DNA of 64,000 bases from Fervidicoccaceae archaeon (GTDB lineage: Archaea; Thermoproteota; Thermoprotei_A; Sulfolobales; Fervidicoccaceae), in assembly GCA_038734945.1 (NCBI GenBank), contig JAVYOA010000009.1:372001-436000 (forward strand). Reading direction: 5' to 3'. Shown here piece after piece: positions 30,356 through 41,267 of this stretch. The position numbers and the translations under genes are program-made. Within the stretch, counting starts at the first letter, position 1, and each line of letters opens with the position of its first letter. Below the pieces are notes generated by a model that had not been told where the DNA came from, ran no database searches, and saw nothing but the letters and a program-made list of their open reading frames with translations.

Positions 30356-30401
30356 TTAAACTTAAAACAACCCAATTATATAGCTTATCAATTGAAAAAA
30401 A

Positions 30402-31664
30402 TTAAGAGTTGAGAGTTACAGTTCCAGTGATTGGGTCAAAGGTTCCAACAACATTCCAAGTTACCTTCCCGCTATTATCTTTCTGGAGCTCAACGTAAGA
30501 GTATGCTCCATACTGCCTATCTCCGTTCTGATCAAATTTCAGCCATCCGCTCAATCCGAAATAGTGCTGGGCAAATAGAGGAAATGCCTTAGTCAGCACG
30601 CTTCCGCTTGTGGTTCCTGTTTGCACAACTGTGAGTGCTATGGCCCAAATTCCATCGTATAGAGCAAATGTCGCTCCACTTGGTCTGTTCCCGGTCAAAT
30701 TCTCATATCTGGCAATGAAGCTATCTTGAAGCTCGTTGTAAGGGACAGTATATGCTACATTTATATATCCAACTCCACTGTTTACGATATCTTGGCCAAT
30801 TACATCTCTAACCTGTACATCATTAACAGTTCCATCTGAACCATACCATCTGACGCTCATGAGGACTGGATAGTTCTTGGCTGCATTAAATATGGCAATG
30901 AAGTCTCCAGGAAAGCTCAGCGCTAGAACGGCAGTTGAAGTCCTATTTTGAGAGGAAGATATGAGATTTGCTAGATTTTGAACTTCAGCAGAATAATCTT
31001 TAGCATTGGGATCGTACCTAATTGAACCAATAATAGTTCCTCCAAGAGCAACGAAGTTCTGTCTTGTAGCATTGAATAGTCCATCTCCCCAATCATCTCC
31101 TCTATATATAATAGCAACATTTCTTATTCCCTGTAGCCACATAAGGCTGGCTATAGCTCTCGCTTGTCCTGTATCTGGTGTTTCCAATCTGAAAACATTG
31201 TCTGGAATTGCTAGCTGAGGAGCTGTGGAAGCATATGATATCACAATCATATCGTTTTGCCTTGAGAACTGCATTACAGCTGAAGTAGCAGAGCTTGTGT
31301 ATGTGAAGAGAATTTTTATTCCCCTAGCTGCCAGTGTCTGAGCAGCAGCCAGAGCCCCATCAGGCGTTGATTTATCATCCTCGAAGTACAGTTTTACCCT
31401 GTATTTGCTCCCTATCTGTGAAAGATAGGAATTTACATCGCTCTCTGCGAGCTGAGCAGCAGTTCTGTAGAGGGGACCATATCCCTGCAATGAGCCCGAG
31501 AGAGAGACTTCAACACCAATCGGTATTTCTATTGTAGTATTTGATGTTGTTGTACTTGTCGGCGAAGCAGTTTGATGTGAAAAAGCTGCATAACCTACTC
31601 CCAATCCAGCTACCAGACCTACTACGAGGAGTACTATTCCAAGTGTTATTCCCTTCATGATCAA
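30402..31664 (-). CDS. Branched-chain amino acid ABC transporter substrate-binding protein
   Basis: N-terminal TM plus Thr linker, IPIG..LSG, SYASTAP, FRLETPD, YDG, FDQNGDR. Confidence 0.9.
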   Translation of the reverse strand: MIMKGITLGIVLLVVGLVAGLGVGYAAFSHQTASPTSTTTSNTTIEIPIGVEVSLSGSLQGYGPLYRTAAQLAESDVNSYLSQIGSKYRVKLYFEDDKSTPDGALAAAQTLAARGIKILFTYTSSATSAVMQFSRQNDMIVISYASTAPQLAIPDNVFRLETPDTGQARAIASLMWLQGIRNVAIIYRGDDWGDGLFNATRQNFVALGGTIIGSIRYDPNAKDYSAEVQNLANLISSSQNRTSTAVLALSFPGDFIAIFNAAKNYPVLMSVRWYGSDGTVNDVQVRDVIGQDIVNSGVGYINVAYTVPYNELQDSFIARYENLTGNRPSGATFALYDGIWAIALTVVQTGTTSGSVLTKAFPLFAQHYFGLSGWLKFDQNGDRQYGAYSYVELQKDNSGKVTWNVVGTFDPITGTVTLNS

Positions 31665-31806
31665 TCATTCCCCCACAGGATGAACAGTAGACAATATTGT
31701 TAACTTAACGGTTTAAAAATTTATCTAATTGGTTAAATTTATAAAACCCACAAGCTGATCCAGTGATTATGTCGTTACCTATCAAGGAAAAAAAGGGTAG
31801 TAGGGC

Positions 31807-32727
31807 ATGATACCAATCGATCTTCTTACAAATGCTCTGACATATAGCAACATGCTTGTCCTGATGTCTCTCGGTCTAACTTTCTCGTACATTACGCTTA
31901 AAGTTCCCAACTTTGCCCAGGGTGATTTCATAGCCATTGGAGCATACGTAGCATATACTTCATATATTTTTTGGAATGTAAATCCCTATTTGACAATTCC
32001 TTTGGCATTTCTCCTTTCAGGGGTCATTTCCCTTCTCCTCTTTTTATTTATATTCAGTCCGCTATCGAAAAGAGACTTCAAATTAACAGATCTAATAATA
32101 GCTTACTTCGCTGCTGAAATGATAATAAGAAGCGGTCTGCTCATCTATACAGATTACATGCAATCGACTACTGCCAAGTATTTTTCAAATGTACTCGTAC
32201 CAATGCAGCAAATAATGATAGGTTCGATTAGCGTTTCCTATCCACTGCTCATGTCCATTATTCTCACATTGACTATATTGATTACTTTCTCCTTAATTCT
32301 CAAGTTCACTAAATTGGGAGTATCACTCAGAGCTGTGATATCGAATCCCGAGCTGGCAAGAGCTTATGGAATAAATGTTGAAAAAGCATACGCTATTTCC
32401 TGGTTCCTCGCTGGAGGAATTACAGGAATGACTGGGCCAGTTATAATCACTTTCTTTCCAACAGATCCCAACATTGGCTGGACGTTTCTTATTAGGATAT
32501 TTGCAGCGAGCATAGTTGGAGGAATCGATAGTCTTCTTGGTGCTGTTATAGGAGGTTACTTCGTTGGCATGAGTGAGGTGCTAGGCATATATATATTGAG
32601 TCAGCCTCCTATTGGAATACAATCAGTTTACAGAGTTCTCATCCCTTTCACCATGATGATAATAACTCTCCTACTGATGCCAAGAGGAATCGTTTCAAAG
32701 CTTAGAATTCCCAAATTTTTGAGGTGA
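31807..32727 (+). CDS. livH: Branched-chain amino acid ABC permease (LivH-like)
   Basis: PNFAQGDF, TKLGVSLRAV..NPELARAYGIN, FAASIVGG. Confidence 0.88.
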   Translation: MIPIDLLTNALTYSNMLVLMSLGLTFSYITLKVPNFAQGDFIAIGAYVAYTSYIFWNVNPYLTIPLAFLLSGVISLLLFLFIFSPLSKRDFKLTDLIIAYFAAEMIIRSGLLIYTDYMQSTTAKYFSNVLVPMQQIMIGSISVSYPLLMSIILTLTILITFSLILKFTKLGVSLRAVISNPELARAYGINVEKAYAISWFLAGGITGMTGPVIITFFPTDPNIGWTFLIRIFAASIVGGIDSLLGAVIGGYFVGMSEVLGIYILSQPPIGIQSVYRVLIPFTMMIITLLLMPRGIVSKLRIPKFLR

Positions 32728-33785
32728 GTACAATGGCATTTCTTGGCATTTCAGATCCTTTCAGGTTTCTGATCGATATAGGAAGCTTCTTTCTAATTTA
32801 TTCTATACTTAGCATAAGCATGAACCTGGACTATGGATTCGCTGGAATTCCGAATTTGGGGAAGGTCATGTTCTTCGCTATGGGGGCGATTGTAACAGGT
32901 TCGATCTCTCTTAGGCTTATATCGGCGATTTCCAACCTTCCCCTGACAGATTTTGTCACTCAGAACATCGAATATGCAATTCAAGCATCTGAGTGGCTCG
33001 GCGAGAGGCCCATAGAGTCAATACTGATATGTCTACTGCTCATCGGACTGTCAGCATTAGCTTCAGGGATTCTTGGCATTCTGGCTTCTCTTCCGGCAAT
33101 CAGATTGAAGGAGACATATCTTGCTATTACTCTTCTAGTGACAGGTGAGATTCTAAGGGTTATTGCCAGCTACTATCCACCGCTAATTGGAGGCACTGTG
33201 GGGACACATGTTCCAGACTTCTTCTCATGGTTAGGGGTAGGAAGGGCCCATGATATAGCAATTTTCATGTTCATGGGAGCATTCACGGTTCTAGCCTATC
33301 TAGTTAGCAGATTTTTTGCTATATCTCCCTTTGGCAGAATAATGAGAGCTCACAGGGAAAATGAGAGTGCCCTAAGTTCTCTTGGCAAGGATCCTTCCTA
33401 TGTTAGAAGGAGCACACTTTTCCTATCTTCAGCACTCGCCGGTATTGCTGGAAGTCTATATGCAATATATTCAGGAAATGTAAATGCAGGAGACTTCATT
33501 CCTGACAAAACGTTCATGCTGTCCCTAATTATAGTCATAGGTGGAATGGCCAACATAAATGGCCCTCTCGTTGGTAGCATCATATATGTGTTCATAGACA
33601 GATTAATAAGACAGGCAAAGTTTTTCATAAGCGTTCCATTCGATGTAAACTATCTATCTATAGGCCTTATGGGAGCAATCCTACTTATTTTCTTCTTTCT
33701 GAGGCCTAAGGGAATACTACCAGAGAAGCCAATTGTTTTCGAAAAAATGCCTGAGGGGCTGCGGAATAGAAGGAAAGAAAACTGA
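32724..33785 (+). CDS. livM: Branched-chain amino acid ABC permease (LivM-like)
   Basis: GFAGIPNLG, RLKETYLAITL, SPFGRIMRA.RENE, RPKGIL. Confidence 0.88.
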   Translation: MSTMAFLGISDPFRFLIDIGSFFLIYSILSISMNLDYGFAGIPNLGKVMFFAMGAIVTGSISLRLISAISNLPLTDFVTQNIEYAIQASEWLGERPIESILICLLLIGLSALASGILGILASLPAIRLKETYLAITLLVTGEILRVIASYYPPLIGGTVGTHVPDFFSWLGVGRAHDIAIFMFMGAFTVLAYLVSRFFAISPFGRIMRAHRENESALSSLGKDPSYVRRSTLFLSSALAGIAGSLYAIYSGNVNAGDFIPDKTFMLSLIIVIGGMANINGPLVGSIIYVFIDRLIRQAKFFISVPFDVNYLSIGLMGAILLIFFFLRPKGILPEKPIVFEKMPEGLRNRRKEN

Positions 33786-33889
33786 ATATCCAATCTTATA
33801 AATAGCGTTTCTTCACTGCATAGCAGGAAGGTTACTTATAAAAAATCTCAAGCATAAAAGCTAATTTATTTGGTTTTCATATTAGGAAA

Positions 33890-34555
33890 TCAAATCCCCA
33901 TTTCTTTCAGGAATTTTCTTGCCTCCTCTTTTGGATCGCTGCTCTTTACAATGGAGGATCCAGCAACAATGATGTCAGCACCTGCCGAAACAAGCTTCTG
34001 AGCTTCCTCAGGCCTTATCCCGCCTGCTACTGAAATTATTATGTCGCTCATACTCTCCTTCAGCTCTTTAATTATATGAAGGAAATCTATTCCTCTCATC
34101 TTTTTCCCAAGCTGTTGATCTATTCCTGCATGAAGTCCGATGATTCTAATACCTATTCTATTGACTCCTCGTGCTCTCTCCAATATATTGGGAACAGATA
34201 TCAAATCAACTTGAACATCCCCACCCAGCTCTCTTGCTCTTGTGAGAGCCTCAAAAATTGTATTATCATCCGCTGCTCCAAGGACTGACATGATTTTTGC
34301 TCCGGAACCTATTGCGATTTCCGCTTCCAGTGCCCCAGCATCCATAGTCTTCATATCTGCAAAAACTATGTTGTTTTCGAAGATTTGAGAGAGCACTCTC
34401 ACCGATGTAATTCCACTGGATTTTATGAGGGGAGTTCCTACCTCAATTATTACCCTCTCATTCACAGCTACAGCATTAGCAATTCTAACTGCCCTGCTGA
34501 GATCAATAACATCAATAGCAACTTGGAGATAAGGAGGATTTTTCAGCAGATTCAA
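33890..34555 (-). CDS. hxlA: 3-hexulose-6-phosphate synthase (OMPDC-fold family)
   Basis: LQVAID, IEVGTPLIKSSG, ADMKTMDAG, HAGIDQQ, VAGGI. Confidence 0.85.
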   Translation of the reverse strand: MNLLKNPPYLQVAIDVIDLSRAVRIANAVAVNERVIIEVGTPLIKSSGITSVRVLSQIFENNIVFADMKTMDAGALEAEIAIGSGAKIMSVLGAADDNTIFEALTRARELGGDVQVDLISVPNILERARGVNRIGIRIIGLHAGIDQQLGKKMRGIDFLHIIKELKESMSDIIISVAGGIRPEEAQKLVSAGADIIVAGSSIVKSSDPKEEARKFLKEMGI

Positions 34556-34652
34556 GGCTCTTCACCAAGGTTAACTACGTTCTAGCAACATTAAAAAATT
34601 GGCGATTCTGAATATTATTGGCAGGAAAATGAGCATAGGAAGGATGAAAATT

Positions 34653-36017
34653 ATGGGAAGGCTGTTTGGCACTGATGGAGTGAGAATTGATCTGAGAGAT
34701 GGAATAGATCCATCGTTCTTCTCATCTTTAGCTCAGTCAATCTGCGAGGCATTTGGAAAGGGGTCCATCTTTCTTATTGGAAGAGATGTTAGATATGCTG
34801 GTGATATAATATTTCACAGCATGCTTTCTGGTTTATTTTTAAGTGGATGTAGAGCATTTAATGCTGGTCTTGTTACAACTCCCTCGCTTCAATATGTGAT
34901 AAAAGAAGAGGGGTACTTTGATGGAGGAATAATGATAACTGCCTCCCACAATCCTCCAAACTACAATGGAGTAAAGGTCATAGACTCAGATGGCATTGAG
35001 GTTCCAAGAAAGAAAGAAAATGAGATCGAGGAGATTTTTGCATCAATGTTGCAGAGAACCAGAAAGACTCCCATCCATGAGTACCATTTAGCTGATTATC
35101 CTGGGACAATTGAAAAATATGTCAATGGAGTTGTTTCACATGTTGATGATGAGCTTATAAGGTCGAGAGAGCTGAGAGTCGTTATAGATGCGGCTAACAG
35201 CGTTGGCTCCTTGGCACTTCCCAAGATCGTTGGACGCCTCGGTGGAAAAGTGATCAGCCTAAATGCTCATTTGGATCCCTCCTTCCCAGGAAGAGAACCT
35301 GAACCAACGCCAAGCACGCTCGCTGTTTCCTCTACTCTTACTAAGGAAGTAGGAGCAGATATGGGAGTAGCTGTTGACGGGGATGCTGATAGATCGATTT
35401 TCATTGATGAAAAGGGTTATGTGTACTGGGGAGATCGGACGGCGGCAATTTTTTCCCTATACTTGAAGGAAAAGCATCCAGACTTGCCAGCAAGAGTTTA
35501 CACGGGAGTGAGCAGCAGCTCCTTCATCGAGAAGGTATTGAAAAGTGCTGGCATAGAAGTGGTTTGGATGAAGGTAGGAAGCGTGGACATTTCCAGAAGA
35601 CTGAAGCACGAGGGAGGTTTGCTTGGTTTCGAGGAAAATGGTGGTATAATGTATCCGCAGCATCAATTTGTCAGAGACGCTGGGATGGCTACAGCATTGA
35701 TGATGGAAATTCTGGCAAGAGAAAAGAGAAAGCTCTCAGAGCTTTACTCGATTTTTCCCAGAACATATTCAATAAAAACTAAATATCCTATTCATAGCAA
35801 GGAGCAGGGAGCTCTCATCTATGAGAGAATAAAAGAGAAGTACTCAAACGAGAAAATAATAGACATAGATGGCATAAAGGTAATAGGAGAAGATTACTGG
35901 TTCCTAGTAAGACTAAGCGGAACTGAACCAGTGATAAGAGTTATGATAGAGAGTGAAAGAGAAGGAGCGGAAAAAAATATTTTGAGAGAAATTGAAGAAC
36001 TGCTTCAGGCTGATTAG
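34653..36017 (+). CDS. Phosphohexomutase (PMM/PGM/GlmM family)
   Basis: LFGTDGVR, ITASHNPP, DGDADR, FEENGG, RLSGTEP; ORF track starts at 34599. Confidence 0.92.
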   Translation: MGRLFGTDGVRIDLRDGIDPSFFSSLAQSICEAFGKGSIFLIGRDVRYAGDIIFHSMLSGLFLSGCRAFNAGLVTTPSLQYVIKEEGYFDGGIMITASHNPPNYNGVKVIDSDGIEVPRKKENEIEEIFASMLQRTRKTPIHEYHLADYPGTIEKYVNGVVSHVDDELIRSRELRVVIDAANSVGSLALPKIVGRLGGKVISLNAHLDPSFPGREPEPTPSTLAVSSTLTKEVGADMGVAVDGDADRSIFIDEKGYVYWGDRTAAIFSLYLKEKHPDLPARVYTGVSSSSFIEKVLKSAGIEVVWMKVGSVDISRRLKHEGGLLGFEENGGIMYPQHQFVRDAGMATALMMEILAREKRKLSELYSIFPRTYSIKTKYPIHSKEQGALIYERIKEKYSNEKIIDIDGIKVIGEDYWFLVRLSGTEPVIRVMIESEREGAEKNILREIEELLQAD

Positions 36018-36019
36018 AA

Positions 36020-36415
36020 ATGAAATACAGATTGCTCGATATACTGGCTTGCCCCATGTGCAAGGGATTTCCTCTGGAGCTAATTGAAATTGAGAAAGAG
36101 AAAAGAGAAAGGAACCTGCCATCTAAGCCTCCGCTCTGCGAACTGTATTGCTCCTATTTACAGAAAGATATCAGAGAAATGAAGGAGGAACCCCCATGCG
36201 GGGAGTGCTTTAACTATGAAATAAAAACAGCTGTTTTGTACTGTAGGAAGTGTGGAAGGTGGTATCCTGTCATAAATGGGATTCCCCACATGCTCCCGGA
36301 CTATATAAGAAAGGATGAAAAAAAGAGAGAGCTGGAGTTTCTCAGAAAATATGAAGCATTTCTTCCAGAAAAGATAACTAAAAAGGCCATTCCCCATAAC
36401 TTATCTCAAGAGTAA
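36020..36415 (+). CDS. trm112: Trm112 family methyltransferase activator (long Cys-rich form)
   Basis: LLDILACPMCKGFPL...CRKCGRWYPVINGIPHMLPD. Confidence 0.9.
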   Translation: MKYRLLDILACPMCKGFPLELIEIEKEKRERNLPSKPPLCELYCSYLQKDIREMKEEPPCGECFNYEIKTAVLYCRKCGRWYPVINGIPHMLPDYIRKDEKKRELEFLRKYEAFLPEKITKKAIPHNLSQE

Positions 36416-36444
36416 ATTAAGATGCAGAATGCTGTGAGAGGTAG

Positions 36445-37614
36445 CTATCCTCTCACATATATTTCTACAATGTCCCCATCTTCAACTCTGTGATCCAACC
36501 CAACTCTCTCTCCATGAAATTTTACACTTTTTCCATAAATCTTAGCAAATCTAAAACCTCTCAAAATTTTTGAGTGAATAGCTTCAGCTACATCTCTCAC
36601 GGTTGCTCCTCTCTTCAAGATCAGAGGTCTCTTTGCTACCTCACCATTCGGCTGCTTTGTGTAAACTCTGATGATGTCCAGCAATTCAAACATTTTCCTT
36701 CCTAAGCGATCTAGCTCTATCCCTGTGCTTGCTGAAATATAAAGCACTGGAAACTCATTCTCTACTTCAGCCATCCTCTCTCTAATGTTATTGTAATCCA
36801 CCAAATCTATCTTGTTTACCAAAATTATTCCAGGCTTGTGCATTTTGTTCTCCAGTATTTGAGCCTCAATATCATCCAATGAAACTTCTCCCCACACTTT
36901 CACAATAGCATGATCTATTTTATACTCAGAGAGCATTCTTTTGACATCATCAAAACTACCATCCAATATCTTGCCATTAACTATGAGATTTATACCTCCC
37001 TTGCTAACTCTCTGAATCTCCACTTTCCCTTTTGGCTTCTTTAGAATTATGCCGTTTTCTTCAAGTTCTTCTATGGCGCTTTTTGCAACCTTTTCAGGAT
37101 AATTTGCTGCATCGAGAACTAGTAGAATCATGTCTGCATTTCTAGCCAGTCCTATTGTTCTGTTATACCAGGAAATTCTCTCATTGCTCCCAAATGGAAT
37201 GCTTGGAGTATCTATCAATTGGAAGTATATGTCCTCGAACTTCATCATGCCAGGCTTTGGCAGCCTGGTTGAATACGGAATACCAATACCTTCATAGCTC
37301 ACGCCAGTCAGCTTGGAAAACAATAGCGATTTTCCAGATAGAGGAGGACCTAGCATGACGATCTGAGCTGCTCCCGATTTTTCTATGTAGAACTTTGGGC
37401 CTGAACCTCCACTTTTCTTCTTCCTCTGTTCTTCCAATTCCTCCTTTAGCTGACTCAGTCTTCTAGTGGCCCAATACATGAGATTTTCTGTACCCTTATG
37501 CTTGGGAACAGCCGAAATGAATGCTTCCAATGCAGCGATTTTTTCTTCTACAGTTCTCGCTTCCATGAACTTTATCCACTTTGCTCTCGCTTCAGGAGGA
37601 AGGTTCGTTGGCAT
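36445..37614 (-). CDS. DRG/Obg family GTPase with TGS domain
   Basis: MPTNLPPEA, PKHKGTE, GPPLSGKS, NKID, IRVYTK, RVGLDH..EDGDIVEI. Confidence 0.92.
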   Translation of the reverse strand: MPTNLPPEARAKWIKFMEARTVEEKIAALEAFISAVPKHKGTENLMYWATRRLSQLKEELEEQRKKKSGGSGPKFYIEKSGAAQIVMLGPPLSGKSLLFSKLTGVSYEGIGIPYSTRLPKPGMMKFEDIYFQLIDTPSIPFGSNERISWYNRTIGLARNADMILLVLDAANYPEKVAKSAIEELEENGIILKKPKGKVEIQRVSKGGINLIVNGKILDGSFDDVKRMLSEYKIDHAIVKVWGEVSLDDIEAQILENKMHKPGIILVNKIDLVDYNNIRERMAEVENEFPVLYISASTGIELDRLGRKMFELLDIIRVYTKQPNGEVAKRPLILKRGATVRDVAEAIHSKILRGFRFAKIYGKSVKFHGERVGLDHRVEDGDIVEIYVRG

Positions 37615-37622
37615 CTGCCCAG

Positions 37623-38240
37623 CTACCCCTCCCCTCTCAGAAAAGGACTTGCCTTGGACTTCCACTTGTGTCTTATCAGAAATGAGGGAAGAGTCCTCGG
37701 GTTATCCTTCAGCCACCTCACGGTTAACTTATCTCCTGGATAGCCAGATCCCTCCAAGCCGTATTGCTTTCTTATTTCATCTATTTTTCTATCTCTTATT
37801 ACTTTGGCAACAATACTTGCTGCTCCCACAGCAGTGAAAGTTGAATCACCCCTCTTAACCATTCTAATCTGCACATTTTCGCATGCTTCAATTGTGCTTT
37901 CTTTGCTACCAACAACATCCGCAATAATCTCGCTCGGTCTCACTCCAGCTGATATTGCTTGGCATGCTAGAGAAATAAAGGCCCTTTTTGTCAAGTTATT
38001 CAAGTTCTCTCTATCTATTTCCTCAGGATTCACAATTATAACATCGTGCCAGAGAGACAAAGTAAGTATTAAGTCGAAAAGCTCCTCTCTTTTCTTTTTT
38101 CTAAGTTTTTTGCTATCCGTGACTCCCATTTTTGCCAAGTGCGTTTCAGCTGAACCAGTAAGAGCAACTGCTGCCACTACCATTGGCCCTATGAGGCTAC
38201 CTCTGCCTGCTTCATCCATCCCAACCACAATTCTTTCCAA
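37623..38240 (-). CDS. rnhB: Ribonuclease HII
   Basis: GMDEAGRGSLIGP, DSKKL, AASIVAKVIRD, GSGYP. Confidence 0.95.
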   Translation of the reverse strand: MERIVVGMDEAGRGSLIGPMVVAAVALTGSAETHLAKMGVTDSKKLRKKKREELFDLILTLSLWHDVIIVNPEEIDRENLNNLTKRAFISLACQAISAGVRPSEIIADVVGSKESTIEACENVQIRMVKRGDSTFTAVGAASIVAKVIRDRKIDEIRKQYGLEGSGYPGDKLTVRWLKDNPRTLPSFLIRHKWKSKASPFLRGEG

Positions 38241-38395
38241 TTAAGGCACCTCCTCCTATGAACTCGTTGCCGCAAAGCCCTTTCATTCGATATATAAATC
38301 TGAGGGAAAGGATTTTTATGCAATGATGCATTTTTCCTTGATATTTTATTCAAATTGTTTTTAAATCCCCTTTCGCTTTTTGCTTTCCGCTTTTT

Positions 38396-39241
38396 CTAGA
38401 AAGCTGAAATTCTAGCTTCTTTCAACAGGCTCAATTCTCTAATAACGGTTTCAATATCGGCATCTACGAGCCTTTCATCTTTGAAGAAAACTTCGAGCGT
38501 CACAAAGGGATCTCTCCCTAACTTTTCCAAGATATTCAAGGACTTAGCGAAATACTTTTCATAACCAGAAATCCTCATATGCTCGACGACATTTCCATTG
38601 ATCTTTGCCACACCATGTACATGAACAACACTTGTCTTTTCGGCTATCGAACTTACCCAATCGTTAATCATGCTCTCCACCATTGATAGCTGATTTTCCC
38701 CATTGCTGATGAGCCTTGCCACTACGTGTCCCAGATCGAGGCAGGCATTTCCATCTAGCTCTCTCAATAACTGCACGAAGCTTTCCTTCACTGCAAGAGG
38801 ACCGTATGGAGCGTTCTCAACAGCAAAAATTATACCAGCATCTTTAAACTTCTCTGCTGCATCTTTCATTTCTAGTATTATTGGAGATAGATAATCTCTA
38901 TTGCCGAACCTCACTTTCTCCCTCGTCGAAAAATGAGCAACTGCGTATTTGAAATCCCATTTTGTCATTACTTCGAGCAACCTCATTATATAAGCAATAG
39001 CCCCCCTTCTCACTTCCTCATATGGGGAAGCAATGACCAAGTCTCTCCACGGAAGATGTGCACCTAAGCTGAATCCCTGATCCCTTAAGAGCTTCATTAT
39101 TTCATTGAAAGAATTAGAATCCCAGAAGGGCCAAGGATACTCCAAGCTAACCTCAATATTCTCAAATCCCATACTCGAAGCATAGCTAAGATCTCTCTCA
39201 TTTATTCTTGATTTTGGCCATATGCTGAATGAATACTTCAT
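38396..39241 (-). CDS. Sugar-phosphate isomerase/epimerase (AP endonuclease 2 TIM barrel)
   Basis: AHLPW, AVENAP, LDLGH, VHVHG, EH, TLEVF. Confidence 0.8.
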   Translation of the reverse strand: MKYSFSIWPKSRINERDLSYASSMGFENIEVSLEYPWPFWDSNSFNEIMKLLRDQGFSLGAHLPWRDLVIASPYEEVRRGAIAYIMRLLEVMTKWDFKYAVAHFSTREKVRFGNRDYLSPIILEMKDAAEKFKDAGIIFAVENAPYGPLAVKESFVQLLRELDGNACLDLGHVVARLISNGENQLSMVESMINDWVSSIAEKTSVVHVHGVAKINGNVVEHMRISGYEKYFAKSLNILEKLGRDPFVTLEVFFKDERLVDADIETVIRELSLLKEARISAF

Positions 39242-40269
39242 ATTGCTTCATCACCAAGCAATACTTTCTTCAGTGGGATGACTGGGTGCTCCAATATCTT
39301 ACTGGCTTCTATTTTTTTCCTTTTTATATTTCCTTCCATAACATCATATATGAATCTTAGGGCATCCTTTGAGGATAGCGCCCTGTACAGGGGAAATCCG
39401 AGCTCGCGAAGTCCAGAATCAACATCCAGCTTGAGGGGAAAAAGAGAGATGGAGGGCACCCCTAAAAGAGAAGCCTCTCTGGACATAGTTCCTCCACCGC
39501 TAATTGTAGCGATGCTGTAGTACTCGAGATCCAGGCCAAGCATTGGTTCCCCTATCACTTCAATATTGGTTCCCTTATATCTCTCTGAATCATCTTCATA
39601 TCTAGGAACAAGAACAACCCTCACCTTTTTTGCCAGTTCCTTTACAAGCTCCTTAAAATCTTCGAATCCCCAGCTATAATATGACGCGAATATCTCTGGA
39701 GGTCTAACCAATACGTAACTATATGGTTCGAGGCCAAGTCTCTTCACGCTGCTTTCCGATGGAGAATATCCGTTTACCCAAGCAAGCTCTTCTACTCCCT
39801 TGTACCTCAAGAGAAAAGTTCTACTTCCCCTTGGAACATATGGAAGAAATTTCCCCTTTTCGATGAAGGATGAAAAAATTAGATAGTTGGATAGAGGAAC
39901 TGTCAGAAGATGGACGTGAGCAGCATGTGGGGTATCACTATACAATACAATTTTTGAACTTAGTCCAAAAGCTATCCTGACGGAAGAAGGGCTCGGATAT
40001 GAAACCAAGTAATCAGGGGAAAAATCCCTAATTAGACCAACTAAATCCTTCATCCTCTCTATATCTCTCAAGAGCTTGTCGAACTTAGTCCTACCATGCG
40101 TTCCTACAAGTATAGCCTTGTTTCCAAGGAGAGAATTAATTCTAAAAATTTCCTCAGTTTTCCTTGCCGTTATCATTACTTCTGCTCCCATATCCGATTC
40201 GAGGATAGAGGCAAGCTTGGAAAAGAGAAGAAGCTGCTTTGGCGTCAAGGCATCCATCCATATACGCAT
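39238..40269 (-). CDS. DUF354 family protein (glycosyltransferase-like)
   Basis: IWMDALTPKQ, DTPHA, YKGVEE, GGGTMSREASLLGVP. Confidence 0.88.
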   Translation of the reverse strand: MRIWMDALTPKQLLLFSKLASILESDMGAEVMITARKTEEIFRINSLLGNKAILVGTHGRTKFDKLLRDIERMKDLVGLIRDFSPDYLVSYPSPSSVRIAFGLSSKIVLYSDTPHAAHVHLLTVPLSNYLIFSSFIEKGKFLPYVPRGSRTFLLRYKGVEELAWVNGYSPSESSVKRLGLEPYSYVLVRPPEIFASYYSWGFEDFKELVKELAKKVRVVLVPRYEDDSERYKGTNIEVIGEPMLGLDLEYYSIATISGGGTMSREASLLGVPSISLFPLKLDVDSGLRELGFPLYRALSSKDALRFIYDVMEGNIKRKKIEASKILEHPVIPLKKVLLGDEAI

Positions 40270-40355
40270 TTTCCATCCCAAGGCAATATGCTCTGCTACT
40301 CTCCTTTTGTAAAGAAGATAAAATCGTTAACTAGTTCATAAATCAAAAGCATGTG

Positions 40356-40808
40356 CTATTTTTTCTCAAATAGTTCAACAATGTAATCATCTCCACTTTT
40401 TCTCCTGCGCATGAGCATCTTGGATAATGCCATGAAAGCAATAGTAAAAATGAGGGAAAAAAGAGATGAGAATTTAAAAGCAGCTGTGAAATCGCTCCAT
40501 CCAGCTATCCCCAGCATCGATGCCATGATCCACAGTATTACAGAGATAGCAGTGAAAAAAACTAGCACAATTTTCCCATTTTCTTCCACTTTTTTGCCAA
40601 TAACTTTCAGAATTTTTACATAAGCTAATAACATGATGAAGAAATAGAATAGGTATGGCACTACAGGGAACCATTCATGGAGCCATTCAGACAAGAGCCA
40701 TAGACAAAAAAGAGCAATTGTTGCCACAAATATCACAGCATATAGAAGGGCACTTGTAATCAAATACCATTTTATCTTTTCTCTTTTCCCGCTCATAGCT
40801 TCACACAA
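40356..40808 (-). CDS. Hypothetical membrane protein (4 TM)
   Basis: Four hydrophobic segments; operonic with hsp20. Confidence 0.7.
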   Translation of the reverse strand: MCEAMSGKREKIKWYLITSALLYAVIFVATIALFCLWLLSEWLHEWFPVVPYLFYFFIMLLAYVKILKVIGKKVEENGKIVLVFFTAISVILWIMASMLGIAGWSDFTAAFKFSSLFSLIFTIAFMALSKMLMRRRKSGDDYIVELFEKK

Positions 40809-40830
40809 TTAACCCCAACTTCAGCAATCA

Positions 40831-41256
40831 TTATGACCTGGGCATCCTCACAATTATTCTGCCTTTTTTAAAAGAATATGACATTCTCGATACATCGCAT
40901 TCGGTTGGAATCGAAATCTCCTTGTAGTAGCTGGAAATCTCCTTCCTAATTGTGCTATATCCAAGCTCCTCGGTTCTCACAGTCTTTCTCATTTTACCCT
41001 CAATTCTCATTCTTCCCTTCTCTGCCTCCACACTTATGCTTGAATTGTCCAGCAATGGAGCATCTATAATGACAACGCACTCATTTTCTAGTAGATATAC
41101 TTGGTGAAGAGGCTCATCGAACTTTATTTGTGGGAAAAATTCCCCGAATAGTGGAGCGCTTGTTAAAGAGAAAGCGCTTTCCAGCTCCTTTTCAAGCTCT
41201 TTCATCCTTCTCCTTACATAGGATCTTAGGATTTCAAATTCATCATCCCATGACAT
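40831..41256 (-). CDS. Small heat-shock protein (Hsp20/alpha-crystallin)
   Basis: VVIIDAP..ISV, YYKEISIP, YSFKKGRIIVRMP. Confidence 0.8.
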   Translation of the reverse strand: MSWDDEFEILRSYVRRRMKELEKELESAFSLTSAPLFGEFFPQIKFDEPLHQVYLLENECVVIIDAPLLDNSSISVEAEKGRMRIEGKMRKTVRTEELGYSTIRKEISSYYKEISIPTECDVSRMSYSFKKGRIIVRMPRS

Positions 41257-41267
41257 GAGACCCTCCC

